From Vulcanimicrobiota bacterium (lineage in GTDB: Bacteria; Vulcanimicrobiota; Xenobia; Xenobiales; JADMJV01), in NCBI GenBank assembly GCA_017307785.1, contig JAFKGI010000012.1, forward strand, positions 64,001 to 128,000: 64,000 bases of DNA, read 5' to 3'. Both the position numbers and the translations under genes were made by a program. The notes beneath the pieces were generated by a model. It was not told where the DNA came from, made no database searches, and was given only the letters and a program-made list of their open reading frames with translations. Positions 1 through 8,655 of the stretch are shown piece after piece; within the stretch, counting starts at the first letter, position 1, and every line of letters begins with the position of its first letter.

Positions 1-22
1 AGGAAGCTGAGCCGAGAACGCG

Positions 23-931
23 ATGCTTGAAGTGGCCTATTCCCTGATTGGCGTGATGCTGCTCTGGTTCGCCCTCTTAACGGCGCGTGACCAACAACAT
101 CCTAAACCCCTCTCGACAGGCGCCTTCTGGCTCATCCTGGGGCTGCTTTTTGGGATCGGCGGCCTGCTCCCCCACTGGCTGGCGGGAGCCATGGTGGTCG
201 GCCTGGTCGTTCTCGACGGCCTGGGCCTGGTTCGAGCAGGGCCTCCCCTGGCCAGCTTGGAGAACGGCTCCGCTCGCCTCACCCTGCCCATCCTGCTGAT
301 GCCGGCCACCATTCTGGTGGCCAGCCTGGTGTGCCGTTGGCGGGGCTGGGATCTTTCCCAAGGAGCCTTGATGGGACTGTCGCTGGGCAGCCTGCTGGCT
401 CTCTTCAGCGCCTGGCGAACGACGGGCGCCAGCCTTGCGGAAGTAGGCCACGCAGGCAGACAACTCAACGACACTTTAGGAGCCTTGAGCCTGCTACCGC
501 AACTGCTAGCCTCGCTCGGGGTCGTTTTTGCTCAGGCGGGAGTGGGAGACTGGTTGGCCGGAGGAGTTCTCCATTTCATCGCTCCTCATCAACGTCTGGC
601 CCTGGTGCTGGCCAATTGTCTGGCCATGGCCGGCTTGGCGGCTCTCACCGGCAATTCTTTCGCGGCCTTTCCGGTGATCGCGCAGGGCATCCTGAGTCCG
701 CTGCTGCTGAAACCTTTCGGAGCGGACCCCAGCGCGCTGGCGGTTCTGACTCTGGCCGTCGGGGCCAGCGGCACCCTGATCACCCAGATGGCGGCCAATT
801 TCAATCTGGTGCCGGTGGCGCTGCTGGAGTTGAAAAGCCCGCTGGCGGTCATCCGCCTGCAGCGACCGGTAGCCCTGGCCCTCTGGATCTCTCAGGTGTT
901 GTTGATGATCTACCTGACCACACCTTACTGA
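23..931 (+). CDS. polytopic inner-membrane protein of unknown function
   Basis: ATG at 23; 302-aa ORF with many hydrophobic Gly/Leu/Ala-rich helices (MLEVAYSLIGVMLLWFALL...). No catalytic motif recognised; the overlapping reverse-strand ORFs look spurious. Confidence 0.5.
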   Translation: MLEVAYSLIGVMLLWFALLTARDQQHPKPLSTGAFWLILGLLFGIGGLLPHWLAGAMVVGLVVLDGLGLVRAGPPLASLENGSARLTLPILLMPATILVASLVCRWRGWDLSQGALMGLSLGSLLALFSAWRTTGASLAEVGHAGRQLNDTLGALSLLPQLLASLGVVFAQAGVGDWLAGGVLHFIAPHQRLALVLANCLAMAGLAALTGNSFAAFPVIAQGILSPLLLKPFGADPSALAVLTLAVGASGTLITQMAANFNLVPVALLELKSPLAVIRLQRPVALALWISQVLLMIYLTTPY

Positions 932-1296
932 TTCAAAGTTTCCACAAAGCGAAGGCGGTCCAGCTTGACACTCTTGGTCTCTTTCTTGATGGTCACGAAC
1001 TGGCGAAAAATGGAGATATGCTTCTCCCCTTTGCTCAGGCACATCAGCTCGATCTCCAGCTTCTCGTTTGGGATGCGACCTTTCAGGGTGGCCCGAAACT
1101 CTTTCGGTCCAGCTTTATAGTAACGGTGATCGGAAACGTCGCTTTCATCATCCGCCAGGGAAACATGGATGGTCTGGGTCCATTTCGGCGGAAAGTTCGC
1201 CTGCGGTAACGGAACCACCACGATGATGCTACGCGGCCTGGCCGACCCCAGAGTGGTCAGACTCAAGGCCAGCAGGAGCCAGAACAACTTTCTCAT
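925..1296 (-). CDS. small secreted hypothetical protein
   Basis: ATG at 1296-1294 (MRKLFWLLLALSLTTLGSA, a signal-peptide-like N-terminus) inside the longer ORF 925..1443; about 123 aa. No homology recognised. Confidence 0.4.
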   Translation of the reverse strand: MRKLFWLLLALSLTTLGSARPRSIIVVVPLPQANFPPKWTQTIHVSLADDESDVSDHRYYKAGPKEFRATLKGRIPNEKLEIELMCLSKGEKHISIFRQFVTIKKETKSVKLDRLRFVETLNQ

Positions 1297-1368
1297 TGGA
1301 CTCGGTCTTCGCAACCGCGCGCGGAAATTCCTGAAGGCCCCGACCCTCGAAAAAAAGAATGCGATGGT

Positions 1369-3015
1369 ATGAATGTGAAGCCGATTTTGATCGCCGGAGC
1401 AGGCCCGGTCGGTCTGACCCTCGCCTGCGAACTCGTCCGCCACGGCGTTCCCGTGCGAATCGTCGACCGCAATGCGGAACCGACCGATAAATCCAAAGCT
1501 CTGGTCGTCTGGCCGCGCACGCTGGAACTGCTGGAAAAGACCGGAGTAGCCCAGCGCTTCCTGGAATCCGGGGTGCCGCTACGAGGCATGAGCATGTACG
1601 AGAGCAAGGAAAAGCGCATCGCTCACGTGACTTTCAGCGACCTGGAAACCCCCTGGCCTTTCGTTCTGGGACTGCCTCAAAGCGCTACCGAGGCCCTCCT
1701 CATCGAGCATCTGGCCGCTCAGGGCGTTCAAGTCGAACGTCAGGTCGAGGTGGTGGGCCTCAAGCAACACGGGAGCCACGTCGAGGTAGAATTGCGACAC
1801 GCGGACGGCCGCACGGAAATCACCTCGACCCACTGGCTGCCCGCCTGCGACGGAGCCCGCAGTTCGGTTCGCCACAGCCTGGGAGTCTCGCTGGAAGGGG
1901 ACACGGTCGCTCAGGAATTCTCCATGATCGACTGCGACGTGGCCGGCCTTCCCCTGAACGACGAGGTCGTGGCTTACAACACCGCCAACGGCCTGGCCGC
2001 TTTCTTCCCCATTCGAGACTCCAGAATGCGCGTCATTATCATGCGCAACGAGTGTGGAGAGGGCGCCACTCCCGCACCACCGACCCTGGAGGAAATGCAG
2101 AGCGAACTGGAGTTGCGAGGACTGGACCACATTCGCTTGAGCGATTCCCATTGGCTGGCAGCCTTTCGCATCAATGAGCGCCATGCCAAAAGCTACCGAC
2201 ACGGACGAGTCTTGCTGGCGGGCGACGCCGCCCATGTACACAGTCCCGTCGGCGGACAGGGCATGAATACCGGCATGCAAGACGCCTTCAATCTGGGTTG
2301 GAAGCTGGCGCTCATCGAAAAGGGGAAAATTGCCGCCGAGCCTTTCCTCGACTCCTACTCCTTGGAACGACAACCCATCGGAGCCTCGGTCGTCCAGCAA
2401 ACCAGCCGGGCCCGCAAGGCGATCACTCTGCGCAACCCCCTGGCCAAAGGCTTACGTAACGCTCTCCTGAGCTTCGCGGCCTCCTTTGAATTCGTTCGCC
2501 ACAAAATTGCCGAGCAAGCCTCCGAACTGGCGGTACGCTACCCCAAGAGTCCACTCAACCGTGAAGTCCACCCGGGTAACGCAGCCTGGCTTTTGGGCCA
2601 CGGTGTGCATCCCGGCGACCGGGCTCCCGACGGCCACTTGCTGAAAGACGAGAACGAAGCCCATCTTTTTGGCCTGATGTCGGATACTCGTTTTCATCTG
2701 CTGGTTCTCTCCGGGCTGGCTCCTGGAGAAGCCAATCCGGCGGCCCTGGAATGCGCTCGCTGGGCCAACGACGAGCTGCACCAACTGGTCGGGGTCCACT
2801 GGATCGGCTTTGACCCCCACCATCTCCCATCGCAACTCCCGTCCGCCTGGTGGGATGAGGGCAGCCTCATCCACAAGCGCTACGGAGCTGTGGAAGCAAC
2901 CCTGTACCTGGTGCGACCGGACGGCTATGTGGCCTTCCGCAGCCAGCCGGCCGTGCGCGCCGACCTGGAAAAATACCTGGCCGACCTTGGCCTTTATCGA
3001 CCCGTAACGGCCTGA
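1369..3015 (+). CDS. FAD-dependent aromatic-ring monooxygenase (PheA/TfdB-like)
   Basis: N-terminal GxGxxG dinucleotide fold (ILIAGAGPVGLTLACEL), the DG..S..R motif and the GDAAH...G FAD fingerprint (LLAGDAAHVHSPVGGQGMNTGMQDAFNLGWKLA); 548 aa. Confidence 0.85.
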   Translation: MNVKPILIAGAGPVGLTLACELVRHGVPVRIVDRNAEPTDKSKALVVWPRTLELLEKTGVAQRFLESGVPLRGMSMYESKEKRIAHVTFSDLETPWPFVLGLPQSATEALLIEHLAAQGVQVERQVEVVGLKQHGSHVEVELRHADGRTEITSTHWLPACDGARSSVRHSLGVSLEGDTVAQEFSMIDCDVAGLPLNDEVVAYNTANGLAAFFPIRDSRMRVIIMRNECGEGATPAPPTLEEMQSELELRGLDHIRLSDSHWLAAFRINERHAKSYRHGRVLLAGDAAHVHSPVGGQGMNTGMQDAFNLGWKLALIEKGKIAAEPFLDSYSLERQPIGASVVQQTSRARKAITLRNPLAKGLRNALLSFAASFEFVRHKIAEQASELAVRYPKSPLNREVHPGNAAWLLGHGVHPGDRAPDGHLLKDENEAHLFGLMSDTRFHLLVLSGLAPGEANPAALECARWANDELHQLVGVHWIGFDPHHLPSQLPSAWWDEGSLIHKRYGAVEATLYLVRPDGYVAFRSQPAVRADLEKYLADLGLYRPVTA

Positions 3016-4478
3016 ATACGCCCCTCCAGCCGAGGGGAAACGACCTTGTGACGGTGCAGATATTCGATCAGGGCCACTCCCTCGGCGGGGGCGTCGTGCG
3101 GTTCCACCAGCAGTCTGGCCTTGGGCAGCATTTCGTAACCACAGCCGCCCTTGCGGATAAACTCACTGCAGGCGAACGTGTAAGAGCCGTCGGGCTGAAG
3201 CGGTTTGCCGCCCACCCTCAGTTCTTGCACTCGCTGGCCCACCGGGCGGGTGGGATCATACCGTAGTTGCAACGCGGACACCTGAGGAAAAGACGAGTTT
3301 TCCGGTCCAAGCGAGCTGACGGAATGCTCCACCACCGCAAGCAGTTCTCGACCGCTAAGCCGCACCTTAACCACTCCATTTTCATAGGGCAAAATCATCA
3401 TCGCCTGGCGGCGAGTCAACACGCCGGCCGGGACCACTTTGTCGACTCGGATGCTGCTCCCGGTAATCAACGCGCAGTCCGCTCCTGCCTGTTCGCGCAT
3501 GGCGTCCGCCACCAGGTTGCCCAGGTTGGTTTCCTGCTGGCGGCACACCGACGAGCGCCCCTCCAGGTCCACCCCCACCCGCACCAGAGGCTCGTTTAGC
3601 TGGGCCGCCAACTGCTTTTCGTAGCGAGCGGCCAGTGCCGTCACGGTGGGGTCCGGCACCACCGTCTTGCCGACCGACTGGCCTTGCCAGTCCATCTCCA
3701 CCACCCGACCCTGGTCCACCTGGAGGTCCACCTTGCCGAGGATGCGCGCATCACTTCCCCATTTGAAGATCGGAGTGTGGGCCACCAGCGACTCGGAGGG
3801 CTCGTGCTCGTGTCCGCCCAGGATAAGGTCGAGCGGCACCTCTCGAGCCAACCGCTTGTCCTCAGCCAGACTGAGATGAGTCAAGGCCACCACCACCTGG
3901 GCCCCCTGAGCTCGCATGCGAGGCACCAGGGACCTGGCGGCCTCCACCGGGTCCTGAAAGACAACCTCCGGCCCGCAACTGGAAGTCTCGGCCGTATCGA
4001 CGGTCAGCAGTCCAAAAATGCCGAGCTTCACCCCACCCACTTCGCGCATCACAAACTCCGGCATCTTTCCAAAAGACGCCCCGGAGCGGTCGCGCACGTT
4101 GGCCGCCAACCAGGGAAAGTGAGATTCCCCCATGCGCTCGCGCAACACGTCCGGCCCAAAGTCGAATTCGTGATTTCCCAACGTGGCCACGTCGAGGTGG
4201 ATGGCGTTCCACATCTCCACCATCTGACGTCCGCGAAAGAAACTGGAGGCCACCGACGGGCTCAGGGTATCTCCCGAGAAAAGAAAGAGGGTGTTGGGAT
4301 TGGCGGCTACGGCCTGTCGGCGCAAAGTCTCCAATCGTGCAAAACTGCCTTTGCGACCATCGTCCACGCTGGCATATTCATAGACGTCGTTCAGGTGAAG
4401 CAGGGTGATGTGAGTGGGCTCAGCGAGGGCCGGGACTGTCAACCCCAGGCCGAGCAAAAACAGGACTTTTCTTAGCAT
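2994..4478 (-). CDS. bifunctional metallophosphatase/5'-nucleotidase (UshA-like), secreted
   Basis: Signal peptide MLRKVLFLLGLGLTVPALA; calcineurin-like metallophosphatase motifs (LHLNDVYE, GNHEFDFG) plus a 5'-nucleotidase C-terminal region. The ATG at 4478-4476 overlaps the upstream gene's TGA (TGATG), implying translational coupling. Confidence 0.85.
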   Translation of the reverse strand: MLRKVLFLLGLGLTVPALAEPTHITLLHLNDVYEYASVDDGRKGSFARLETLRRQAVAANPNTLFLFSGDTLSPSVASSFFRGRQMVEMWNAIHLDVATLGNHEFDFGPDVLRERMGESHFPWLAANVRDRSGASFGKMPEFVMREVGGVKLGIFGLLTVDTAETSSCGPEVVFQDPVEAARSLVPRMRAQGAQVVVALTHLSLAEDKRLAREVPLDLILGGHEHEPSESLVAHTPIFKWGSDARILGKVDLQVDQGRVVEMDWQGQSVGKTVVPDPTVTALAARYEKQLAAQLNEPLVRVGVDLEGRSSVCRQQETNLGNLVADAMREQAGADCALITGSSIRVDKVVPAGVLTRRQAMMILPYENGVVKVRLSGRELLAVVEHSVSSLGPENSSFPQVSALQLRYDPTRPVGQRVQELRVGGKPLQPDGSYTFACSEFIRKGGCGYEMLPKARLLVEPHDAPAEGVALIEYLHRHKVVSPRLEGRIQAVTGR

Positions 4479-5353
4479 CAAGCCTGGAAGATGCCCCATT
4501 CGCCCCAGGAATGAAACCAACTCTGCAACTCGGGGGCACCAACCGTCGGATACTTACGCACAACCCGCTCGATGGCCTGGCTCAGCTTTTTCCCCGCGAA
4601 GAGGTCCTTCAGCATGAAGAAGCTGCTCTCGGGCAACACCACGCGGTTCATTTGGAAACCCTTGCGCATGATCAGCACACGCTGGGGGGACCGGGCTGGC
4701 TTACTCGGGCTCAGTTCGCCATCCACCTGAAAAAGATAATGCGAAACGGGATAGTCGAACTTGAGCAAGCGCGAGGTGGGTCTGGGGCGCAAAATCAGCT
4801 CATCCCAAGCAGCCGGTGGGAGCGACTGCAAGTCTTCAGCCTGCAGCGCCGGCAGCTCCGGCTCGTCGAACACCTGGGCCAAATTTAGCTCCAGCGTGGC
4901 CAGTTGTTGTAAAAAGGTCCGGCCCCGCAGGGAGCTGCGCGCGAGGAAAGCGGGAAAGTGCATTCCCAGATGATTGAGCGTCCAGCTGCTGGAGGGATGC
5001 TCCTCGACATAGCTCATCACCAGCTCTTCGAAAGCTTCGGGCCCCAGAGTGTAAGCCACTCCCGGAAAATCGATCTGCAGCGATTCGACCATGCGAATGG
5101 GAAACATACTGCGGTAGATCCAGAGGCGACTCTCGGGGTCGAGCCCGTAGCCCTCTTTGATAAAATCTGAGGTTTGGGCCATCGCGTTCTCGAGCCGTTC
5201 GGGCGTACAGGTCACCACTTGCTGGAGCCAGGCTTGCTGCTCACGCAAACTCTGGGCCCCTTGCTTGGAACCGCGGGCAATGCGCACGGGTGACGGGGAG
5301 CGTTCGGGCAACACCATTCCTTTGGCATTCGAGACCACTTCGCGCTCAGCCAA
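4478..5353 (-). CDS. DUF2063-family protein, partner of the DUF692 enzyme
   Basis: A 291-aa protein immediately downstream of, and overlapping, the DUF692 gene. Family assignment rests on the conserved DUF692-DUF2063 gene pairing plus general sequence character; the start is ambiguous (TTG at 5353 or ATG at 5317). Confidence 0.55.
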   Translation of the reverse strand: MAEREVVSNAKGMVLPERSPSPVRIARGSKQGAQSLREQQAWLQQVVTCTPERLENAMAQTSDFIKEGYGLDPESRLWIYRSMFPIRMVESLQIDFPGVAYTLGPEAFEELVMSYVEEHPSSSWTLNHLGMHFPAFLARSSLRGRTFLQQLATLELNLAQVFDEPELPALQAEDLQSLPPAAWDELILRPRPTSRLLKFDYPVSHYLFQVDGELSPSKPARSPQRVLIMRKGFQMNRVVLPESSFFMLKDLFAGKKLSQAIERVVRKYPTVGAPELQSWFHSWGEWGIFQA

Positions 5354-6195
5354 CGGAAGTCACCACCGGTTTCCGGCAAGCAGCCGCCTTGAGCACCTCG
5401 GCGTGAACCACCTCGAAGGGAGGAATCTCGGCATCCCATTCCACCATCGTGCTGCGTCCGCCCATTCGCTGATAGCATTGGGTGTAGAGCGCCCAGACTT
5501 CGTCGATGACGTGGTCATCGTGGGTGTCGACGATGTAGGTGCCATTGTTGGTATGACCGGAAAGGTGATGATAGACCACGTGCTGGGCGGAAATCTTCTG
5601 GATGTATTCTTGGGCCGAGAAGCCGTGATTATAGGAACTGACATAAACATTGTTGACATCCAGCAGCAAACCGCAATCGGCTTCGGCCGTGAGGGCGTTC
5701 AGATAATCCCATTCGGTCAACTGGTCCTGAGCCCACTCCAGATAAGTGGACGGATTCTCTAGAACCAGCGGAACTTCGAGAAAGTCCTGGATGACTTTCA
5801 CCCGTTGGGTGACGTGCGTCAGACTCTCCTCCGTCAGCGGCATGGGCAACAAGTCGTGGGTATTGCGACCCAAAATCCCGGTCCAACACAGGTGATCGGA
5901 GACCCAGCGAGCCTTCACCAGGTTAATCAGGTTCTTGAGCAGCTTGAGGTACTCAAAATCCACCGGATCGGTGCTGCCGACCGATAGAGAGACCCCATGC
6001 AACATGACCGGGTAGCGCTCGGCGATCTGCTCGAGCATATAGATGGGACGCCCGCCTGATCCCATGTAGTTCTCCACGATGATCTCAAAGAAATCAATCG
6101 CCGGCCAATGCTGCAGGATGTGGCTGTAGTGCACGGTGCGCAGACCCATCCCAAATCCCAAATCCGGGAATCCCCACTTGTTCGCAATGCTCATG
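5346..6195 (-). CDS. DUF692 (UPF0276) multinuclear non-haem iron oxidase (MNIO, MbnB/TglH-like)
   Basis: TIM-barrel-like DUF692 signature stretches (GLGLR-type start MSIANKWGFPDLGFGMGLR, FFEIIVENYMG, VMLHGVSLSVGS, SDHLCW, LVLENPSTYL). ATG at 6195 with a GGGAAAG ribosome-binding site upstream; the ORF track extends it to a GTG at 6242. Confidence 0.75.
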
Positions 6196-6276
6196 CCGAG
6201 TTCTTTCCCGCCAGGGCCTCGACCCCCCTTGCAGTCCGGCACAAGGAGTTGCCCTGGGCAGAGCTAACCTTGGGCG

Positions 6277-6741
6277 ATGTCGATGGTTTGCCAGGCTTGC
6301 GGTGTGGAAGCCCCCACTCGCAAAGTCCAGTTTCACAAACACACCGGTATGTTGATCATGATGCAGCATGGTCAATTCGGGGGGAATCTCTGTAAGCGCT
6401 GCATCGGAAAGTACTTCACCAAATTTACGGGTTGGACGGCGGTGGCCGGGTGGTGGGGAATGATCTCTTTCTTCATCACGCCCTGCGTCTTGCTCTGGAA
6501 CACCGGGCTCTATCTGAGCACTCTCGGTTTGCCAGCGCCGGCTCCCGGAGCGGAACCACCGCGCCTGACCCAGGAAGCCGTGGACAAGCTAGAGCCTTAC
6601 GCCGACAGGCTTTTTTCCGCCCTGAATTCCGGCAAGCCTCACAAACAGGTCGCCGACGAGATTGCCGCCCTGGCCGGCGTAACGCCGGTGCAGGTTCTGC
6701 TCTATGTATCGGCAGTTGTCGAGTCTTCCAAGGACGGCTGA
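6277..6741 (+). CDS. membrane protein with N-terminal double CxxC zinc ribbon
   Basis: ATG at 6277; CQAC...CKRC motif followed by Trp-rich hydrophobic segments (WTAVAGWWGMISFFITPCVLLW). Divergent from the DUF692 gene. Confidence 0.4.
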   Translation: MSMVCQACGVEAPTRKVQFHKHTGMLIMMQHGQFGGNLCKRCIGKYFTKFTGWTAVAGWWGMISFFITPCVLLWNTGLYLSTLGLPAPAPGAEPPRLTQEAVDKLEPYADRLFSALNSGKPHKQVADEIAALAGVTPVQVLLYVSAVVESSKDG

Positions 6742-6844
6742 TGTTAACGAAGTGACGGGTGAATTCACGATTTGGTAATGCCGTTCACCCGCCTGTAACG
6801 AATCCCACCCTCCCAAAGCTCTCAACACCCCTTACGATTTCTTT

Positions 6845-8593
6845 ATGAGAGGCTTTCCGGGATTCGTGAACCAGAAGATGGGCGGAGCGCCCTCCGCTCC
6901 CTCGTTGCCGTCCCCCGCCTCGTTGATGCCCAAGGCGCCGCTACTCAGCCCGCCCAGCCTACCCCAGGTTCCGATGCCGGCCCGCCCGCTCGTGACCTTG
7001 CCCAGCATTCCGGTCGCGCCTGTGGTGGTGGTGCCCGTCGTCCGCACCGTCACGGTGGCCACCGTGACCCGCAATTTGATGGCCGCCCTGGGCCCCGAAG
7101 CTCCGCCCCCGGCCCCCACCAGACAAGGATTTCCCGGCTTTGTCTCGCGCAATTTCAATCAGGTCAGCCAGCATCGGCCCGGCGCCAGCAGCGAGAATCA
7201 CCTGGATGGATTGGCCAAACTCTTCAATAGCCCCATCCCCGCTCCGCCCGAACGGCGTCAGGCCAATCGTGCGAGTGCTCCGGAGCGTCCGCAGGTCGCC
7301 ACCAGAACTGCCGCCCCGCCCGCCAAACCGCCCGTGGCCGCCCCAGTGTCGGTACGGAAACCGGAAGCTCCCAAAGCGCCTTTGGTCCCGAACAAACCCG
7401 CTGAACCGGTCAAGCAACCCCTGCTTGAGCAACGCAAACCGGCGCCGCCACAGCAAGTCCCCAAGCCCACAGTTCCACCTGCCCCCGCGCAAGCGCCCGT
7501 GGCCAAAACGCCCGAAGCCCCTAAACAACCCCTCGCGCCCGTCAGGCCTCAACCGGAGTTGGAGAAGAAAGCAGCCCCCGTAGGAACGGACCAGGCTGGG
7601 AAAGCTTCCACTAAACCGGTGTCCCCGAAAGCCGAAGTGCCCCCGGCCCGAGTTGCCGCCACAACCACGCCCGAAGCCCCCAAGAACGAAGGGAAAGTCG
7701 AGCCCAAGGCTCCGGTTGCCGAGACGCGCCCGGTGCGCGAAGCCGAACCAAACAAGCCTGGTCAGGACGCGAAACCCTCCGAGCGAGTAGAAGCGCCGGC
7801 AGGGGTGAGTAAAGAGCCGGTCGCCGTCCCGACCTCGGCGGCGCGAGTGTTGCCTGCTGCCACCCTGGAGAAAGTGGCCCAGGTACGCCCCGAAGTCAAC
7901 GAAATGAAAATTGGCGAGGCCCAGCGACAGCAGGTCAACTCTCTGCAGGCTCCCGTGAGCCGCGAACAAATGGCCTTGATCCAAGAGAACGGCGCGGGCC
8001 TTTCGGCCGGTGGCGGTTCCGGCCAGGGCGGCGGAGGCGGCCAGCAAGGTCGTCAACGTCGGCGTCAAAATGGCGAAGAAGGCCTGGACGAGGTTGGCGG
8101 CGCCGAACCTCTGGGCGGCGACGACCAGGTCCAGTGGTGGCATCTGCGTGGAGAGGACAACCTGCGCGCCCTGTCCTCGGAACTGCGCGAGGCCATGTTT
8201 TTGCTGCGCACTCCGCAGCGCCCCCTGGGAACCGACTTTCAGCAAGCCCGGACCTCCAAGTCTCTCCGCGAAAAAGCTCAGGTTGAGCAGCCTCAGCGGC
8301 AGGTCCTCCAGCAGGAAACGCCCCAGGAAAAAGGGGACGGAGTCGACCTGGCAGACGGCGAATTTTGCTCCAGATGTAACGAAGAGCTGGGCGGAGTCGA
8401 TCCTCGCCGCTGCCCCGTCTGCCTCCACGAAAGCGCCCAGGCGATGTTGGCTCTGCTGCAGCAAGACGGCCAGTTTCTTGCCTACCGCCTCTTCCTTACG
8501 GCCTGCCGTCAGGTGGTGGCTTCTCGCGCCGTCTACCGCCTGCGCGACTTCAGCAGTTTGCCGAGCGGCGCCTACTGCGTGCAGGCGGCTTAA
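6845..8593 (+). CDS. proline/alanine-rich low-complexity protein with C-terminal zinc ribbon
   Basis: ATG at 6845. Duplicated GFPGFV(N/S) motif at residues 3-8 and about 94-99, a long KP/PxxP-rich spacer, a Gly/Gln-rich tract, and a C-terminal CSRC...CPVC ribbon. The antisense 501-aa ORF is Gly/Arg-rich and judged spurious. Confidence 0.5.
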   Translation: MRGFPGFVNQKMGGAPSAPSLPSPASLMPKAPLLSPPSLPQVPMPARPLVTLPSIPVAPVVVVPVVRTVTVATVTRNLMAALGPEAPPPAPTRQGFPGFVSRNFNQVSQHRPGASSENHLDGLAKLFNSPIPAPPERRQANRASAPERPQVATRTAAPPAKPPVAAPVSVRKPEAPKAPLVPNKPAEPVKQPLLEQRKPAPPQQVPKPTVPPAPAQAPVAKTPEAPKQPLAPVRPQPELEKKAAPVGTDQAGKASTKPVSPKAEVPPARVAATTTPEAPKNEGKVEPKAPVAETRPVREAEPNKPGQDAKPSERVEAPAGVSKEPVAVPTSAARVLPAATLEKVAQVRPEVNEMKIGEAQRQQVNSLQAPVSREQMALIQENGAGLSAGGGSGQGGGGGQQGRQRRRQNGEEGLDEVGGAEPLGGDDQVQWWHLRGEDNLRALSSELREAMFLLRTPQRPLGTDFQQARTSKSLREKAQVEQPQRQVLQQETPQEKGDGVDLADGEFCSRCNEELGGVDPRRCPVCLHESAQAMLALLQQDGQFLAYRLFLTACRQVVASRAVYRLRDFSSLPSGAYCVQAA

Positions 8594-8655
8594 GAAAAGC
8601 CTCAGTCGATCAGGTAGGGCCTGACGAGGTCGAGCGAGAAACGCTGCCTTGGCCC

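Noticed and set aside
331-1209. 292-aa plus-strand and overlapping minus-strand ORFs (37..474, 506..1042) in the first kilobase.
   Set aside because: They overlap the better-supported membrane protein gene (23..931) and the secreted protein gene (925..1296). Their composition is Arg/Gly/Pro-rich, typical of off-frame GC-rich translation.
3684-4475. 263-aa plus-strand ORF.
   Set aside because: It is antisense to the 5'-nucleotidase gene, which has clear metallophosphatase motifs.
6094-6375. 93-aa minus-strand ORF upstream of and overlapping the DUF692 start, considered as a possible MNIO precursor peptide.
   Set aside because: It overlaps the DUF692 N-terminus in another frame, has no signal or leader peptide, and has no Cys-rich or otherwise repetitive core. 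It is likely spurious.
6756-6791. Inverted repeat CGGGTGAA-N20-TTCACCCG containing the perfect palindrome GTGAATTCAC (6759-6768), lying after the zinc-ribbon membrane protein gene.
   Set aside because: I considered it as a terminator but there is no downstream T tract. It could be a protein-binding site, but there is no supporting repetition elsewhere in the window.
6959-8464. 501-aa minus-strand ORF opposite the Pro-rich protein gene.
   Set aside because: It is Gly/Arg/His-rich with no start context. The plus-strand frame has a clean ATG, a repeated GFPGFV motif and a terminal zinc ribbon, so the plus strand is taken as coding. Comparative data would be needed to be certain.
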